DNA of 64,000 bases, taken from Nitrospinales bacterium (GTDB lineage Bacteria > Nitrospinota > Nitrospinia > Nitrospinales > VA-1). Shown here piece by piece: positions 48,441 through 57,917 of this stretch. The notes under the pieces are model-generated. The model saw only the letters and a program-made list of their open reading frames with translations, searched no databases and was not told where the DNA came from. Position 1 is the stretch's first letter, and the number at the start of each line of letters is the position of its first letter. The stretch lies in NCBI GenBank assembly GCA_965223345.1, contig CBDCWG010000012.1:64001-128000 (forward strand), written 5' to 3'. The translations under genes were made by a program, and so were the position numbers.

Positions 48441-51140
48441 ATGCAGATTCGTGAAATTCACATCGAGGGTTTCGGCATCTTTGCCGACACCCGGCTGAAA
48501 AACCTGACCGGCGGGCTCAACGTGCTGTTCGGCGCGAACGAGGCGGGCAAAACCACCCTCATCGAATTCATCCGCCGCATCCTGTTCGGGTTTCCGCGCA
48601 AAACCAAAGGCACCAACGCCTACCCGCCGCTGTTCGGCGGCACGCACGGAGGCAAACTGTTCTGCGAGCTGGCCTCGGGTGAGGCGGTGGTGCTGGCGCG
48701 CCGGCACAGCGGCAAGGAAAAAATCACCGTCTCCACCGACACGGGCGAAAAGACCGGAGACAGCGCGCTCAAGCAGGTGCTCGGCCACGCTCCCAAGGAG
48801 CTGTTCAACCACATCCACGCCTTCACGCTCGACGAGCTGGCGGATTTCAATTCGCTGAAAGGCGATGAAATCAAAAACCGCATCTACGGCGCCGGGCTGG
48901 GGCTGGGCGCGGTTTCGCTGAAGGATGTGGACAAGGCGCTGGCGGAGCGTTGCGATGCGGTGTTCAAGCCACGCGGCAAAAAACGCATGAACGTGCTGTA
49001 TGAGGAAATCCAGATGCTGGAGGACGCGCTGGTGACGCTGCGCACAAGTCTCGGACGCTACGACGAACTCAGCGCGCGCATCGAACGCATGGAAGCCGAG
49101 CGGAAACAACTCACCGAAAAACTGCAAGAACTGGAAGCGCGTAAAAAGATGGTGGAAACGCAGAAGCACCTGCATCCCGTCGTGCGCGAGCTGGAGGAAA
49201 CGGAGACGGCGCTGGCGGCGTTGCCGGCGGTTCCCGGCTTTCCGGAGAAAGGGCTGGAAAAACTCGACGCGCTGCTGCTGGTAAAAAAAGAACTCAACAA
49301 CCGGCTGGAGGAAGAGACGCGGACGCTGACGGGCTGGGTCGCGGAGCGGGACAAGCTCAAAATCAACCGGGCGCTGCTGGAAAAAGAAGCGGAGGTGGTG
49401 TTCATGCAGCAGTCGCTCAAACAGGTGACGGCGGCGATGCAGCAAAAAACCGCTCTCGAAAAGGAGCTGTCGCGATTGAACGCCGCGCTGGAAAAGGAAC
49501 ACGCCGCTCTAGGCGCGGACTGGCAAGAGGATCGCATCCTTGCGTTTGCGTTCGACGCAAAGCAGGCGCAGTCCTTTCACGAGCAATTCGAGGCGCTGCG
49601 CGACCGGGTGACGCGGACGCGGGAGAAGCTGGAGTATTACCGCAAGCGGAAACAGGCGGAGGGCGCGAAAGGATGGGGCATCCTGGTCTGGCTGCGCAGC
49701 GTCGGCCTGGCGCAATGCGGGCTGGGACTCGCGGGGCTGGGCTGGGGCGTGTTCTCCGGCAACCCGCCGGTCATGGGCGTTTCGTCCTGCCTGCTGCTGT
49801 TGGGCGCGCTGCTGCTGCGCAAATACCAGAAGGAAAAACGCGAATTCTTCGCCGAGGACGCTTTCGGGCTGGGGCTGGAGGAAAAGGCGCGCAAGGCGGA
49901 AGCGGAACAGCAGTCTCTGTCCGCGGCGTGGCGCGCCGCGCTCGCCGAATGGGGGCTGGCCGAGACGCTGACGCCCATCGAGGCGCGGGAAACGGGCGCG
50001 CTGCTGCACGCGATGGCGGAAAAGATCCGCCAGCGTGTAAGATTGCAGGCCGAGGTGCGACAGATGCAGGAGACCGAGCAAGAGGTGCGGGACCGCCTCA
50101 CCGCCCTGCAGCCGGCGCTCACCGGAACCCCGGGGATCGATACGCTGGAAGCGGGCATCGAAAACGCGCAGCGGCAGTTTGAAGCGGCGAAGCGCGATGC
50201 GCAGCGGTCGGAGCATCTGCAAAACAGCATCCAAGAGCAGACGAAAAAGAACGAACGGCTGCGACAGCTTTTGCAGCAGAACGAAAATGAAAAAATCGAA
50301 TTTTTGCAGCAGGCCGGTGCGGAGAACGAAGACGACTTTCGCGCCCAGCACCGGACGGTGCAACAACGGCAATCCCTGATGCTGAAGACCGAACAAAAGC
50401 AGAACCACATCCGCTCGCGGCTGGGCGAGGAGGCGGACTGGCAGGCGTTCGCGGCGCAGCTCAAAGCCACGGCGTTCGACCGCATCGAAGCGGACTGGCG
50501 CGCGGTTGCGCAGGAGCATAAGCAACTGGACGCCAAGCGCGACGCGCTGCTGCAGTCGCTCGGTGAGGTGAAAAACCAGCGCGACCAGCTGGCGTCGAAC
50601 GACGATCTGTCGATCAAGCAGACGGCGCTGGAAATGCGCAAGCAGGAGCTGGCGGAGCTGGGACGGGAATGGGCGGCGGCGAAGCTGGCGCGCGTGCTGC
50701 TGGATGCGGCGCGGCAGCAATACGAAACCCACCGCCAGCCGGGTGTGCTGAAAGCGGCGGAGCGGGTGTTTGCCGCCATCACCGATGGAGCCTATCCCAA
50801 GATCGTCAAACCGATCGACAGCGACGAACTGCTGGTGGAGAACCGGCAGGGCGACCGCAGGCAACTGTTCGAGCTCAGCCGCGGCACCCGCGAACAGCTG
50901 TATCTATCGATGCGGCTGGGGCTGATCGAAGAACACGACCGGCGCGCGGAACCGCTGCCGGTGATTCTCGACGACGTGTGGGTCAATTTCGACGAGACGC
51001 GGCGGACGCGCGTGCTGGAGCAGTTGAAAGCGTTCGCCGAAGGACGGCAGGTGCTGGCGCTCACCTGTCACGCGGCGGTGCTCAAGGCTTACGAAGCGCT
51101 GGGAGCCAACGTGGTGCCCTTTTTCGGTGCGGGCGAATGA
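48441..51140 (+). CDS. Rad50/SbcC-like coiled-coil ATPase with central TM hairpin (YhaN-like)
   Basis: Walker A GANEAGKTT; long coiled coils; LSRGTREQLY signature; VILDD; TCH; hydrophobic hairpin at ~49674-49817. Confidence 0.92.
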   Translation: MQIREIHIEGFGIFADTRLKNLTGGLNVLFGANEAGKTTLIEFIRRILFGFPRKTKGTNAYPPLFGGTHGGKLFCELASGEAVVLARRHSGKEKITVSTDTGEKTGDSALKQVLGHAPKELFNHIHAFTLDELADFNSLKGDEIKNRIYGAGLGLGAVSLKDVDKALAERCDAVFKPRGKKRMNVLYEEIQMLEDALVTLRTSLGRYDELSARIERMEAERKQLTEKLQELEARKKMVETQKHLHPVVRELEETETALAALPAVPGFPEKGLEKLDALLLVKKELNNRLEEETRTLTGWVAERDKLKINRALLEKEAEVVFMQQSLKQVTAAMQQKTALEKELSRLNAALEKEHAALGADWQEDRILAFAFDAKQAQSFHEQFEALRDRVTRTREKLEYYRKRKQAEGAKGWGILVWLRSVGLAQCGLGLAGLGWGVFSGNPPVMGVSSCLLLLGALLLRKYQKEKREFFAEDAFGLGLEEKARKAEAEQQSLSAAWRAALAEWGLAETLTPIEARETGALLHAMAEKIRQRVRLQAEVRQMQETEQEVRDRLTALQPALTGTPGIDTLEAGIENAQRQFEAAKRDAQRSEHLQNSIQEQTKKNERLRQLLQQNENEKIEFLQQAGAENEDDFRAQHRTVQQRQSLMLKTEQKQNHIRSRLGEEADWQAFAAQLKATAFDRIEADWRAVAQEHKQLDAKRDALLQSLGEVKNQRDQLASNDDLSIKQTALEMRKQELAELGREWAAAKLARVLLDAARQQYETHRQPGVLKAAERVFAAITDGAYPKIVKPIDSDELLVENRQGDRRQLFELSRGTREQLYLSMRLGLIEEHDRRAEPLPVILDDVWVNFDETRRTRVLEQLKAFAEGRQVLALTCHAAVLKAYEALGANVVPFFGAGE

Positions 51141-51925
51141 TGAAGACATTATCAGCCGCAACACTAGTGTGTGCGCTGCTGTTCGCATTCGCCCCTGCGC
51201 ACGCGGACGCGGGCATGGTGGAAATTCCCGCCGGGGTCTACGAATCCGGCTCCGCGCCCGACACGGGTTATCAGGAGTGCGAAAAAAACAACACGGTGTG
51301 CAAGCGCAAATGGTTTTCCGATGAGGAACCGCGGCGCGAGGTGTACCTCGATGCGTTTGCCATCGACACGCACGAAGTGACACAGAAAGAGTTTCAAAAA
51401 GTAATGGGGGAAAATCCTTCTTCCTTCAAGGGTGAGGACCATCCGGTGGAAAACGTGACCTGGTACGAGGCGAAATCGTATTGCGAGCAGGTGGGCAAGC
51501 GCCTGCCGACGGAAGCAGAATGGGAAAAGGCGGCGGGCGGCGGCGCGGCGACGGTGTACCCCTGGGGCGACGCGGTGGTTTCCAAGCGGGCGAATTTCTG
51601 CGACGCGCACTGCGGCAAAAAGTGGAAGGAAAAACAGTTCCAAGACGGTTTCGAGCACACCGCACCGGTGGGCAGCTTCCCGCCCAACGGCTACGGCCTC
51701 TTCGACATGGCGGGCAACGTGTACGAATGGGTGGCCGACTGGTACGATGAAGACTATTACGAATCGGCGCCGCGCAAAAATCCCAGAGGGCCGCAGGGCG
51801 GAAGAAAAAAAGTGATCCGCGGCGGCTCCTGGATCAACTACTCCTCCGGTGTGCGCCCGGCCGACCGCTCGGACGCCAAGACCCGCGACCGCTACAACTT
51901 CATCGGCTTCCGCTGCGCGAAGTAG
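51137..51925 (+). CDS. Exported FGE-sulfatase (SUMF1-like) domain protein
   Basis: Signal peptide ending AHA; EEP, HEVT, PVENVTW, RLPTEAEWEKAA, NGYGLFDMAGNVYEW, GFRCAK; ATGA overlap with the upstream ATPase. Confidence 0.9.
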   Translation: MMKTLSAATLVCALLFAFAPAHADAGMVEIPAGVYESGSAPDTGYQECEKNNTVCKRKWFSDEEPRREVYLDAFAIDTHEVTQKEFQKVMGENPSSFKGEDHPVENVTWYEAKSYCEQVGKRLPTEAEWEKAAGGGAATVYPWGDAVVSKRANFCDAHCGKKWKEKQFQDGFEHTAPVGSFPPNGYGLFDMAGNVYEWVADWYDEDYYESAPRKNPRGPQGGRKKVIRGGSWINYSSGVRPADRSDAKTRDRYNFIGFRCAK

Positions 51926-52060
51926 AGAACCCAGCACTTCACCGATCGATCGTGCAGATCCTCGCCATTTATATTTGCCGTTGTTGATCCGATGAGAAGG
52001 TTGGGTTTTCTCGATCCGTAAAACCAGAATCGATCCATCCACCCCGCTCAGTTCTCACGC

Positions 52061-52576
52061 ATGCCCTTCACTCCCTTCCATTTCGGTCCGGGGCTCCTGA
52101 TCCAGTCGCTGCTCACCCGCTGGTTCAGTTTCTGGGTGTTCGTCCTCTCGCAGGTCGTGATCGATCTGGAAACGCTGTATCGCATCTTCAGCGGCATGCG
52201 GCCGCTGCACGGCGTGCTGCATTCTTTTTTCGGCTCCACCATCGCGGCGGGCGTCACGATTTTGCTGGTCAAACCGGCGTTCCGAGCGGCGAGCGCCGTG
52301 CATCAGTGGTTTGAGGTCGTTAAGCGCGAGGAACCCGCCTGCAAGCCGCCGCCGTTTGCAGTGGTATGCATCACGGCGTGCGTCGGCGCGTGGTCGCACG
52401 TGGTTCTGGACAGCGTGATGCACCCGGACGTGACGCCGTTTCACCCCTTTTCCCCGGACAATCCCTTCCTGCATTGGGTTTCGCTGGCCGCGCTGCACCA
52501 GGGCTGCGTGCTGGCGGGGGCCCTGGGAGCGCTGGTCTGGCTGGTGCGGTGGATTTTGCGCAGAACGCGAGCGTAG
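52061..52576 (+). CDS. DUF4184-like membrane metal-dependent hydrolase
   Basis: MPFTPFH, D.E, LHGVLHS, SHVVLDSVMH, PF.P...NP. Confidence 0.75.
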   Translation: MPFTPFHFGPGLLIQSLLTRWFSFWVFVLSQVVIDLETLYRIFSGMRPLHGVLHSFFGSTIAAGVTILLVKPAFRAASAVHQWFEVVKREEPACKPPPFAVVCITACVGAWSHVVLDSVMHPDVTPFHPFSPDNPFLHWVSLAALHQGCVLAGALGALVWLVRWILRRTRA

Positions 52577-52631
52577 AAACGCCCCGTTGGAAGGGTCTGC
52601 GGCTGCATCGGGATGAAACGGGGTTTGCCGG

Positions 52632-52671
52632 TTGACAAAATAATGAATATTTTATAAATTATTCATTATTT
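52632..52671 (+). promoter_or_regulatory. Sigma70 promoter overlapped by a palindromic operator (probable TetR site 1)
   Basis: TTGACA (52632-37), 17-bp spacer, TAAATT (52655-60); perfect inverted repeat AAATAATGAATA-N10-TATTCATTATTT (52638-52671). Confidence 0.8.
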
Positions 52672-52743
52672 GCTAATATCCCCCCTGATCCCTCTGCGGG
52701 AAAGCCCCGAAGAGCCAGGAGACGATCCCCTAGACGAGCCCTC

Positions 52744-53352
52744 ATGAAAATCACAGAACAGACCACAGAGCAGATCCGCGACCAGATTCTCGATGCCGCA
52801 ATGGAACGGTTCGGCCGCTACGGCTGGGGCAAGACCACGATGGCGGAGATCGCCAAGGATTGCGAGATGTCCGCCGGCAACCTGTACCGCTATTACGAAA
52901 ACAAAAAAGAGATCGGCGCGGGCTGTGCCGAGCGCTGCATGAAATCCTCCGAGGCGTTGTGGCGCGACGTGCTCAACAAACCCGGTCTCACCGCCGCAGA
53001 CCGGCTGCGCGAGGCGATTGTGGCGAAGGTGGGCAACCTCTATAAGGAATTCTCGGAACGCCCGCCGCTGTTCGAGCTGGTGATCTTCGTCTCTAAGGAA
53101 CGGCGGGACCTGGTGACCCGGCATGAGGCGGCGCAGCAGTCGCTGATCGCGGAAATCCTGGCGGAAGGCAACCGCACCGGCGAATTCGACGTGCCCGATG
53201 TGCTGAAAACGGCGAAAAGCATCCTCGGCGCGACGTTCAAATTCATCGCGCCGCATTATATGGGCTCGCTGGCGCACATCTCGCTCGAAGACCTGGAACA
53301 CGAAGCCCGGCAGGTGGTCGATCTGTTGGTCCGCGGACTGGCAAAACGTTGA
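52744..53352 (+). CDS. TetR/AcrR family transcriptional regulator
   Basis: ILDAAMERF..YG...TTMAEIAKDCEMSAGNLYRYY HTH. Confidence 0.95.
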   Translation: MKITEQTTEQIRDQILDAAMERFGRYGWGKTTMAEIAKDCEMSAGNLYRYYENKKEIGAGCAERCMKSSEALWRDVLNKPGLTAADRLREAIVAKVGNLYKEFSERPPLFELVIFVSKERRDLVTRHEAAQQSLIAEILAEGNRTGEFDVPDVLKTAKSILGATFKFIAPHYMGSLAHISLEDLEHEARQVVDLLVRGLAKR

Positions 53353-53366
53353 TATTTTTGGCCATT

Positions 53367-53391
53367 TAATGAATATTTTACATAAAATTCA
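53367..53391 (+). promoter_or_regulatory. Second copy of the operator (probable TetR site 2)
   Basis: TAATGAATATTTTA-N6-ATTCA, same core and spacing as 52641-52665; lies between tetR and the MMPL gene. Confidence 0.7.
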
Positions 53392-53430
53392 GCTGTTAAT
53401 TCTCAAACAATCAATTTCGGGGTGGATGGA

Positions 53431-55761
53431 ATGAGTTACGGGGAATGGGTCATCCGGTACCGGTGGTGGATCATCGCCGGAACCCTCTGCCTGGTGATCG
53501 CCGTCGCCAGCGGCGCGCGTTTTCTGGGGTTCACAACCGATTACCGCGTTTTTTTCAGCAAGGAGAACCCGCAGCTGGAGGCCTTCGAGGCGCTGCAGAA
53601 CACCTACACCAAAGAAGACAACGCCATGATCGCCATCGAGCCGAAAGACGGCCAGGTGTTCACGCGCGAGACGCTGAAGATCGTGGAAGAGGTGACGAAA
53701 CAATCCTGGCAGATCCCCTATTCCATCCGGGTGGATTCGGTCACCAATTTCCAGTACACCTCCGCCGACGGCGACGATTTGGTGGTGCAGGACCTGGTGG
53801 AGAACGCGGAAACCTTCTCCGACGCCGACCTCGAAAGAGTCAAACAGATCGCGCTTGCGGAACCGTTGCTGCGCGACCGGCTCATCAATCCGGACACGAC
53901 GATGACGGCGGTGAACGTCACCATCAACCTGCCGGCGAAATCCATCACGGAAGTGCCGGAGGTGGTGGCCTTCGTGCGTGGCATGGCGGACGACATCCGG
54001 GCGAAGTACCCGGACGTCAACGTCTACCTGACCGGCGTGATGTTCATGAACAACTCATTCAGTGAAGCGGGCCAGGGCGACATGCAGACGCTGATCCCGA
54101 TCATGTACCTTTTGGTGATCGCGATCATGCTGGCGATCCTGCGCTCCGTCACCGCGACGCTCACGACGGTGCTGGTGATCGCGTTTTCGATCATGACGGG
54201 CATGGGTTTCGCGGGCTGGATGGGCATCAAGCTCACGCCGGTTTCCGCCAACGCGCCGACGATCATCCTCACGCTGGCGGTGGCGGACAGCATCCACATC
54301 CTGATCACGCTGCTGCACGAGATGCGGCGGGGAAAATCGAAGCGCGAGGCGATCATCGAAGCCCTGCGCATCAACCATCAACCGGTGTTCATCACCAGCG
54401 TGACCACCGCCATCGGTTTTCTGAGTCTGAACTTCGGCGATTCACCCCCCTTCTGGCACCTGGGCAACACGGTGGCGATGGGCGTGATGGCCGCTTACGT
54501 GTACTCGGTGGGATTTCTTCCGGCCGCTTTGTCGGTTCTTCCTCTAAATGTCAAGGGCAGGAACAAGAACGGCACACAGTGGTTCGACCGGTTCGCTGAT
54601 TTTGTCATTCAGCGCAGAAAAATCCTGCTCTGGAGTACGCTGACTGTCATCATGCTCATCGCCGTCCAGATCCCGCGCATCGAGATCAACGAAAAATTCA
54701 ACCAGTATTTCGACACGCGCTACCAGTTCCGGCTGGACAACGACCATGTGGTGGACAATCTGACTGGCTTCTATTCGATCAATTATTCGCTGGGCGCGGG
54801 TGAGTCGGGCGGCATCAGCAACCCGGAATACCTGGCCAAGGTCGAGGAATTCGCCAACTGGTACCGCAAGCAGCCGGGCGTCACCTACGTGAGCACGCTG
54901 ACCGACACGATGAAGCGGCTGAACAAAAACATGCACAACGACGATCCCGCCTATTACCGGCTGCCGGATTCGCGCGAGCTGTCGGCGCAATACCTGCTGC
55001 TCTACGAGTTGTCGCTGCCGTTCGGGCTGGATCTCAACAACCAGATCAACATCGACAAATCCTCGACCAAGCTGCAGGGAGTGCTGGAAAGCATCTCCAC
55101 GCGCGATGCGCTGGACCTTGAAGACCGGGCGCAGCAATGGCTGAAGGACAACGCGCCGCCGCACATGGCGTCGAACGGCTCCAGCCCGCTCATCATGTTC
55201 TCGCACATCGCCAAGCGCAACCTCGAGAGCATGATGACCGGAACGCTGCTGGCACTGCTGTTGATCTCGGTGATCCTGATCGCGGCGCTCAGAAGCTTCA
55301 AGATCGGTCTGCTCAGCATCGTTCCCAACACGCTGCCGGTGCTCATGACCTTCGGCATCTGGGGCATCCTCTACAAGGAGGTCGGGTTCGCGGTCGCGGT
55401 GGTGGCGCCGGTGGCGCTGGGAATCATCGTCGATGACACGGTGCATTTTCTCAGCAAGTACCTGCGCGCCCGGCGGGAGCAGGGGAAAAGCCCGGAAGAT
55501 GCGGTGCGCTATTCCTTTCACACCGTGGGCACGGCGCTGTGGGTCACGTCGCTGATTCTGACCGCAGGCTTTTTCGTCCTGTCCTATTCGGGATTCACCA
55601 TGACCTCGCACCTGGGCGCGATGACGATGATCGCGATCCTTTCGGCGCTGCTGGCGGACTTTCTGTTTCTGCCGCCGCTGCTGATGGCGATCGCCAAGCG
55701 AAAAACGCCGCAAGCCGGCGCGGTGTTCGGGCAGATGACACCCGAAAAAGCGCAGGAATGA
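53431..55761 (+). CDS. MMPL/RND-family transporter
   Basis: Two halves, each 1 TM + periplasmic loop + 5 TM; TLAVADSIH and GIIVDDTVH; DFLFLPPLL. Confidence 0.92.
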   Translation: MSYGEWVIRYRWWIIAGTLCLVIAVASGARFLGFTTDYRVFFSKENPQLEAFEALQNTYTKEDNAMIAIEPKDGQVFTRETLKIVEEVTKQSWQIPYSIRVDSVTNFQYTSADGDDLVVQDLVENAETFSDADLERVKQIALAEPLLRDRLINPDTTMTAVNVTINLPAKSITEVPEVVAFVRGMADDIRAKYPDVNVYLTGVMFMNNSFSEAGQGDMQTLIPIMYLLVIAIMLAILRSVTATLTTVLVIAFSIMTGMGFAGWMGIKLTPVSANAPTIILTLAVADSIHILITLLHEMRRGKSKREAIIEALRINHQPVFITSVTTAIGFLSLNFGDSPPFWHLGNTVAMGVMAAYVYSVGFLPAALSVLPLNVKGRNKNGTQWFDRFADFVIQRRKILLWSTLTVIMLIAVQIPRIEINEKFNQYFDTRYQFRLDNDHVVDNLTGFYSINYSLGAGESGGISNPEYLAKVEEFANWYRKQPGVTYVSTLTDTMKRLNKNMHNDDPAYYRLPDSRELSAQYLLLYELSLPFGLDLNNQINIDKSSTKLQGVLESISTRDALDLEDRAQQWLKDNAPPHMASNGSSPLIMFSHIAKRNLESMMTGTLLALLLISVILIAALRSFKIGLLSIVPNTLPVLMTFGIWGILYKEVGFAVAVVAPVALGIIVDDTVHFLSKYLRARREQGKSPEDAVRYSFHTVGTALWVTSLILTAGFFVLSYSGFTMTSHLGAMTMIAILSALLADFLFLPPLLMAIAKRKTPQAGAVFGQMTPEKAQE

Positions 55762-55888
55762 AACGGGCTTTTCGCACACGATGAAACACAGCGAAACGCC
55801 ATCGAACTCATAACCCATAGAGGTGCGCGTCCGCATGCGGGACACGCGGGCGCCCTCTTCACAAACGATCACGGCAGGAGAAACGCTC

Positions 55889-56671
55889 ATGGCACGCTTT
55901 TTGATGTTCGTTCTATTCATCACAGGGATCGCGCCCGCCGCGGCGGCGCTGACAGCGGAAGAAAAGGGACTCGCCATCGCCCGCGAGGACGACAAGCGCG
56001 ACAACGGATTCGACGATTTCACCGCGGACATGGTGATGATCCTGAAAAACCGGCACGGCGAGGAAAGCAAGCGCACCATCCGCAGCCGCACGCTGGAAGT
56101 GCCGGGTGACGGAGACAAATCGCTGGTGATCTTCGATAGGCCGCGCGACGTGAAAGGAACGGCGCTGCTGAACTTCAGCCACAAAGAGGGCAACGACGAT
56201 CAATGGCTGTACCTTCCCGCACTGAAACGGGTGAAGCGCATCAGCTCGGCGAACAAATCGGGTTCGTTCATGGGCAGCGAGTTCGCCTACGAGGATGTGA
56301 CCAGTCAGGAAGTGGAAAAGTACGACTACAAATGGATCAAGGACGCGACGCTGGACGGCAGGGAGTGTTTTGTCTTCGAACGCTACCCGACTTACAAAAA
56401 TTCAGGCTACACGCGGCAAGTGGTCTGGCTTGACAAAAAGGGATACCGCATCTATAAGATTGAATACTTTGACCGTAAAAACTCGTTGCTCAAAACTCTC
56501 GTGTACCGGGGTTACAAAAAATATCTGGATCGTTACTGGTACCCCGACGAAATGTTCATGGACAACCACCAGACGGGCAAGAGCACACTGTTGGTATGGT
56601 CGAATTACAAATTCAGGAACGGTTTGGGAGACAAGGATTTCAATAAGAACAGCTTGAAACGCGCGCGTTGA
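55889..56671 (+). CDS. LolA-like outer-membrane lipoprotein-sorting family periplasmic protein
   Basis: Signal peptide; PRDVKGTALL, DDQWLYLPALKRVKRISS, SFMGSEFAYED, LLKTL. Confidence 0.9.
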   Translation: MARFLMFVLFITGIAPAAAALTAEEKGLAIAREDDKRDNGFDDFTADMVMILKNRHGEESKRTIRSRTLEVPGDGDKSLVIFDRPRDVKGTALLNFSHKEGNDDQWLYLPALKRVKRISSANKSGSFMGSEFAYEDVTSQEVEKYDYKWIKDATLDGRECFVFERYPTYKNSGYTRQVVWLDKKGYRIYKIEYFDRKNSLLKTLVYRGYKKYLDRYWYPDEMFMDNHQTGKSTLLVWSNYKFRNGLGDKDFNKNSLKRAR

Positions 56672-56676
56672 GGTCT

Positions 56677-57900
56677 ATGATCGGCACCGCCTTTCCCGTT
56701 CACGCAATTCGAACACATATATTTTTATTCTGGGCCCTGTGCCTGCTGCTGTTCTCACCCACTGCGAACGCGCAGGAGTTTTCCGGATTCGTCGGCGCCG
56801 AGGCGCGCTTATTCGCCAACAGCCCCATCCACGACGGACAGGTGGAACATTCGGGCTCTCTGGTGGCGCAGCCGGAATTTTATTACGAGTGGGACAGCGG
56901 CAGCAGCTTCACCCTGGTGCCGTTTTACCGGCTGGACAGCGCCGATCCGAAACGCACGCATTTCGATCTGCGCGAACTCACCTACCTGTGGCTGGAAGAC
57001 GAATTCGAGCTCAGGCTGGGTGTCCGCAAAGTCTTCTGGGGAGCGACGGAGATCGTGCACCTGATCGACGTCATCAACCAGACGGACCTGGTGGAGAACA
57101 CCGATACGGAAGACAAACTGGGCCAGCCGATGATCAACCTGTCGCTGGTGCGGGACTGGGGCATGGTGGATCTGTTTCTGCTGCCCTATTTCCGGGAACG
57201 CACGTTTCCCGGCCGGCGCGGGCGCTTGCGCAGCCAATTGGTGGTCGATACGAGCCGGACCGAGTATGAAAGTTCCGCCGAAGAGTGGCACACGGACTGG
57301 GCGGCGCGTTACAGTCACACGCTCGGCGATCTGGATTTCGGCATCTACCATTTCAACGGCACGGGACGGGAACCCACTCTCTTGCTGAGAACGAACGTTC
57401 CGGGCGATCCGGTGCTGGTTCCGCTTTACGAGCAGATCCACCAGACGGGGCTGGACGCGACCTACGTCCTGGGCGAGTGGCTGTGGAAGCTGGAGGCGCT
57501 CTACCGCAACGGCCAGGGCACCCGCAATTTTTTCTCGTGGACGGGGGGATTCGAATACACGTTCACGCGGATCTGGGACACGCCGATGGATCTGGGCGTC
57601 CTTCTGGAGGGGATTTTCGACGAGCGGGGCCGTAACGCCACGACGCCGTTCGAACACGACATCGCCGGCGGCCTGAGGCTCACGTTCAACGATGCGGACA
57701 GCACGGAGCTGCTTTTCGGCTGGGTGCAGGACCTGGAAGACGATGCGCGCTTTTTGTTCCTTGAAACCAGCCGCCGATTCGGCGACCATTGGAAGTTAAC
57801 GGTCGAATTGCGTACTTTTTTCAGCCAGCCTGCGAGCGATGTCCTGTTCGATCAGCGGGACGACGATTTCATGCAGGCGGAGCTGGCTTATTATTTTTGA
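56677..57900 (+). CDS. Outer-membrane beta-barrel protein
   Basis: Signal peptide ANA|Q; amphipathic strands; G.RKVFWG, DVINQTD; C-terminal AELAYYF Bam signal. Confidence 0.8.
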   Translation: MIGTAFPVHAIRTHIFLFWALCLLLFSPTANAQEFSGFVGAEARLFANSPIHDGQVEHSGSLVAQPEFYYEWDSGSSFTLVPFYRLDSADPKRTHFDLRELTYLWLEDEFELRLGVRKVFWGATEIVHLIDVINQTDLVENTDTEDKLGQPMINLSLVRDWGMVDLFLLPYFRERTFPGRRGRLRSQLVVDTSRTEYESSAEEWHTDWAARYSHTLGDLDFGIYHFNGTGREPTLLLRTNVPGDPVLVPLYEQIHQTGLDATYVLGEWLWKLEALYRNGQGTRNFFSWTGGFEYTFTRIWDTPMDLGVLLEGIFDERGRNATTPFEHDIAGGLRLTFNDADSTELLFGWVQDLEDDARFLFLETSRRFGDHWKLTVELRTFFSQPASDVLFDQRDDDFMQAELAYYF

Positions 57901-57917
57901 TGTTGGAGAACGTTTTC

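Noticed and set aside
51595..51615. CDAHC in the FGE-domain protein as a heme-binding site
   Set aside because: The order is CxxHC, not CxxCH; more likely a disulfide or metal loop.
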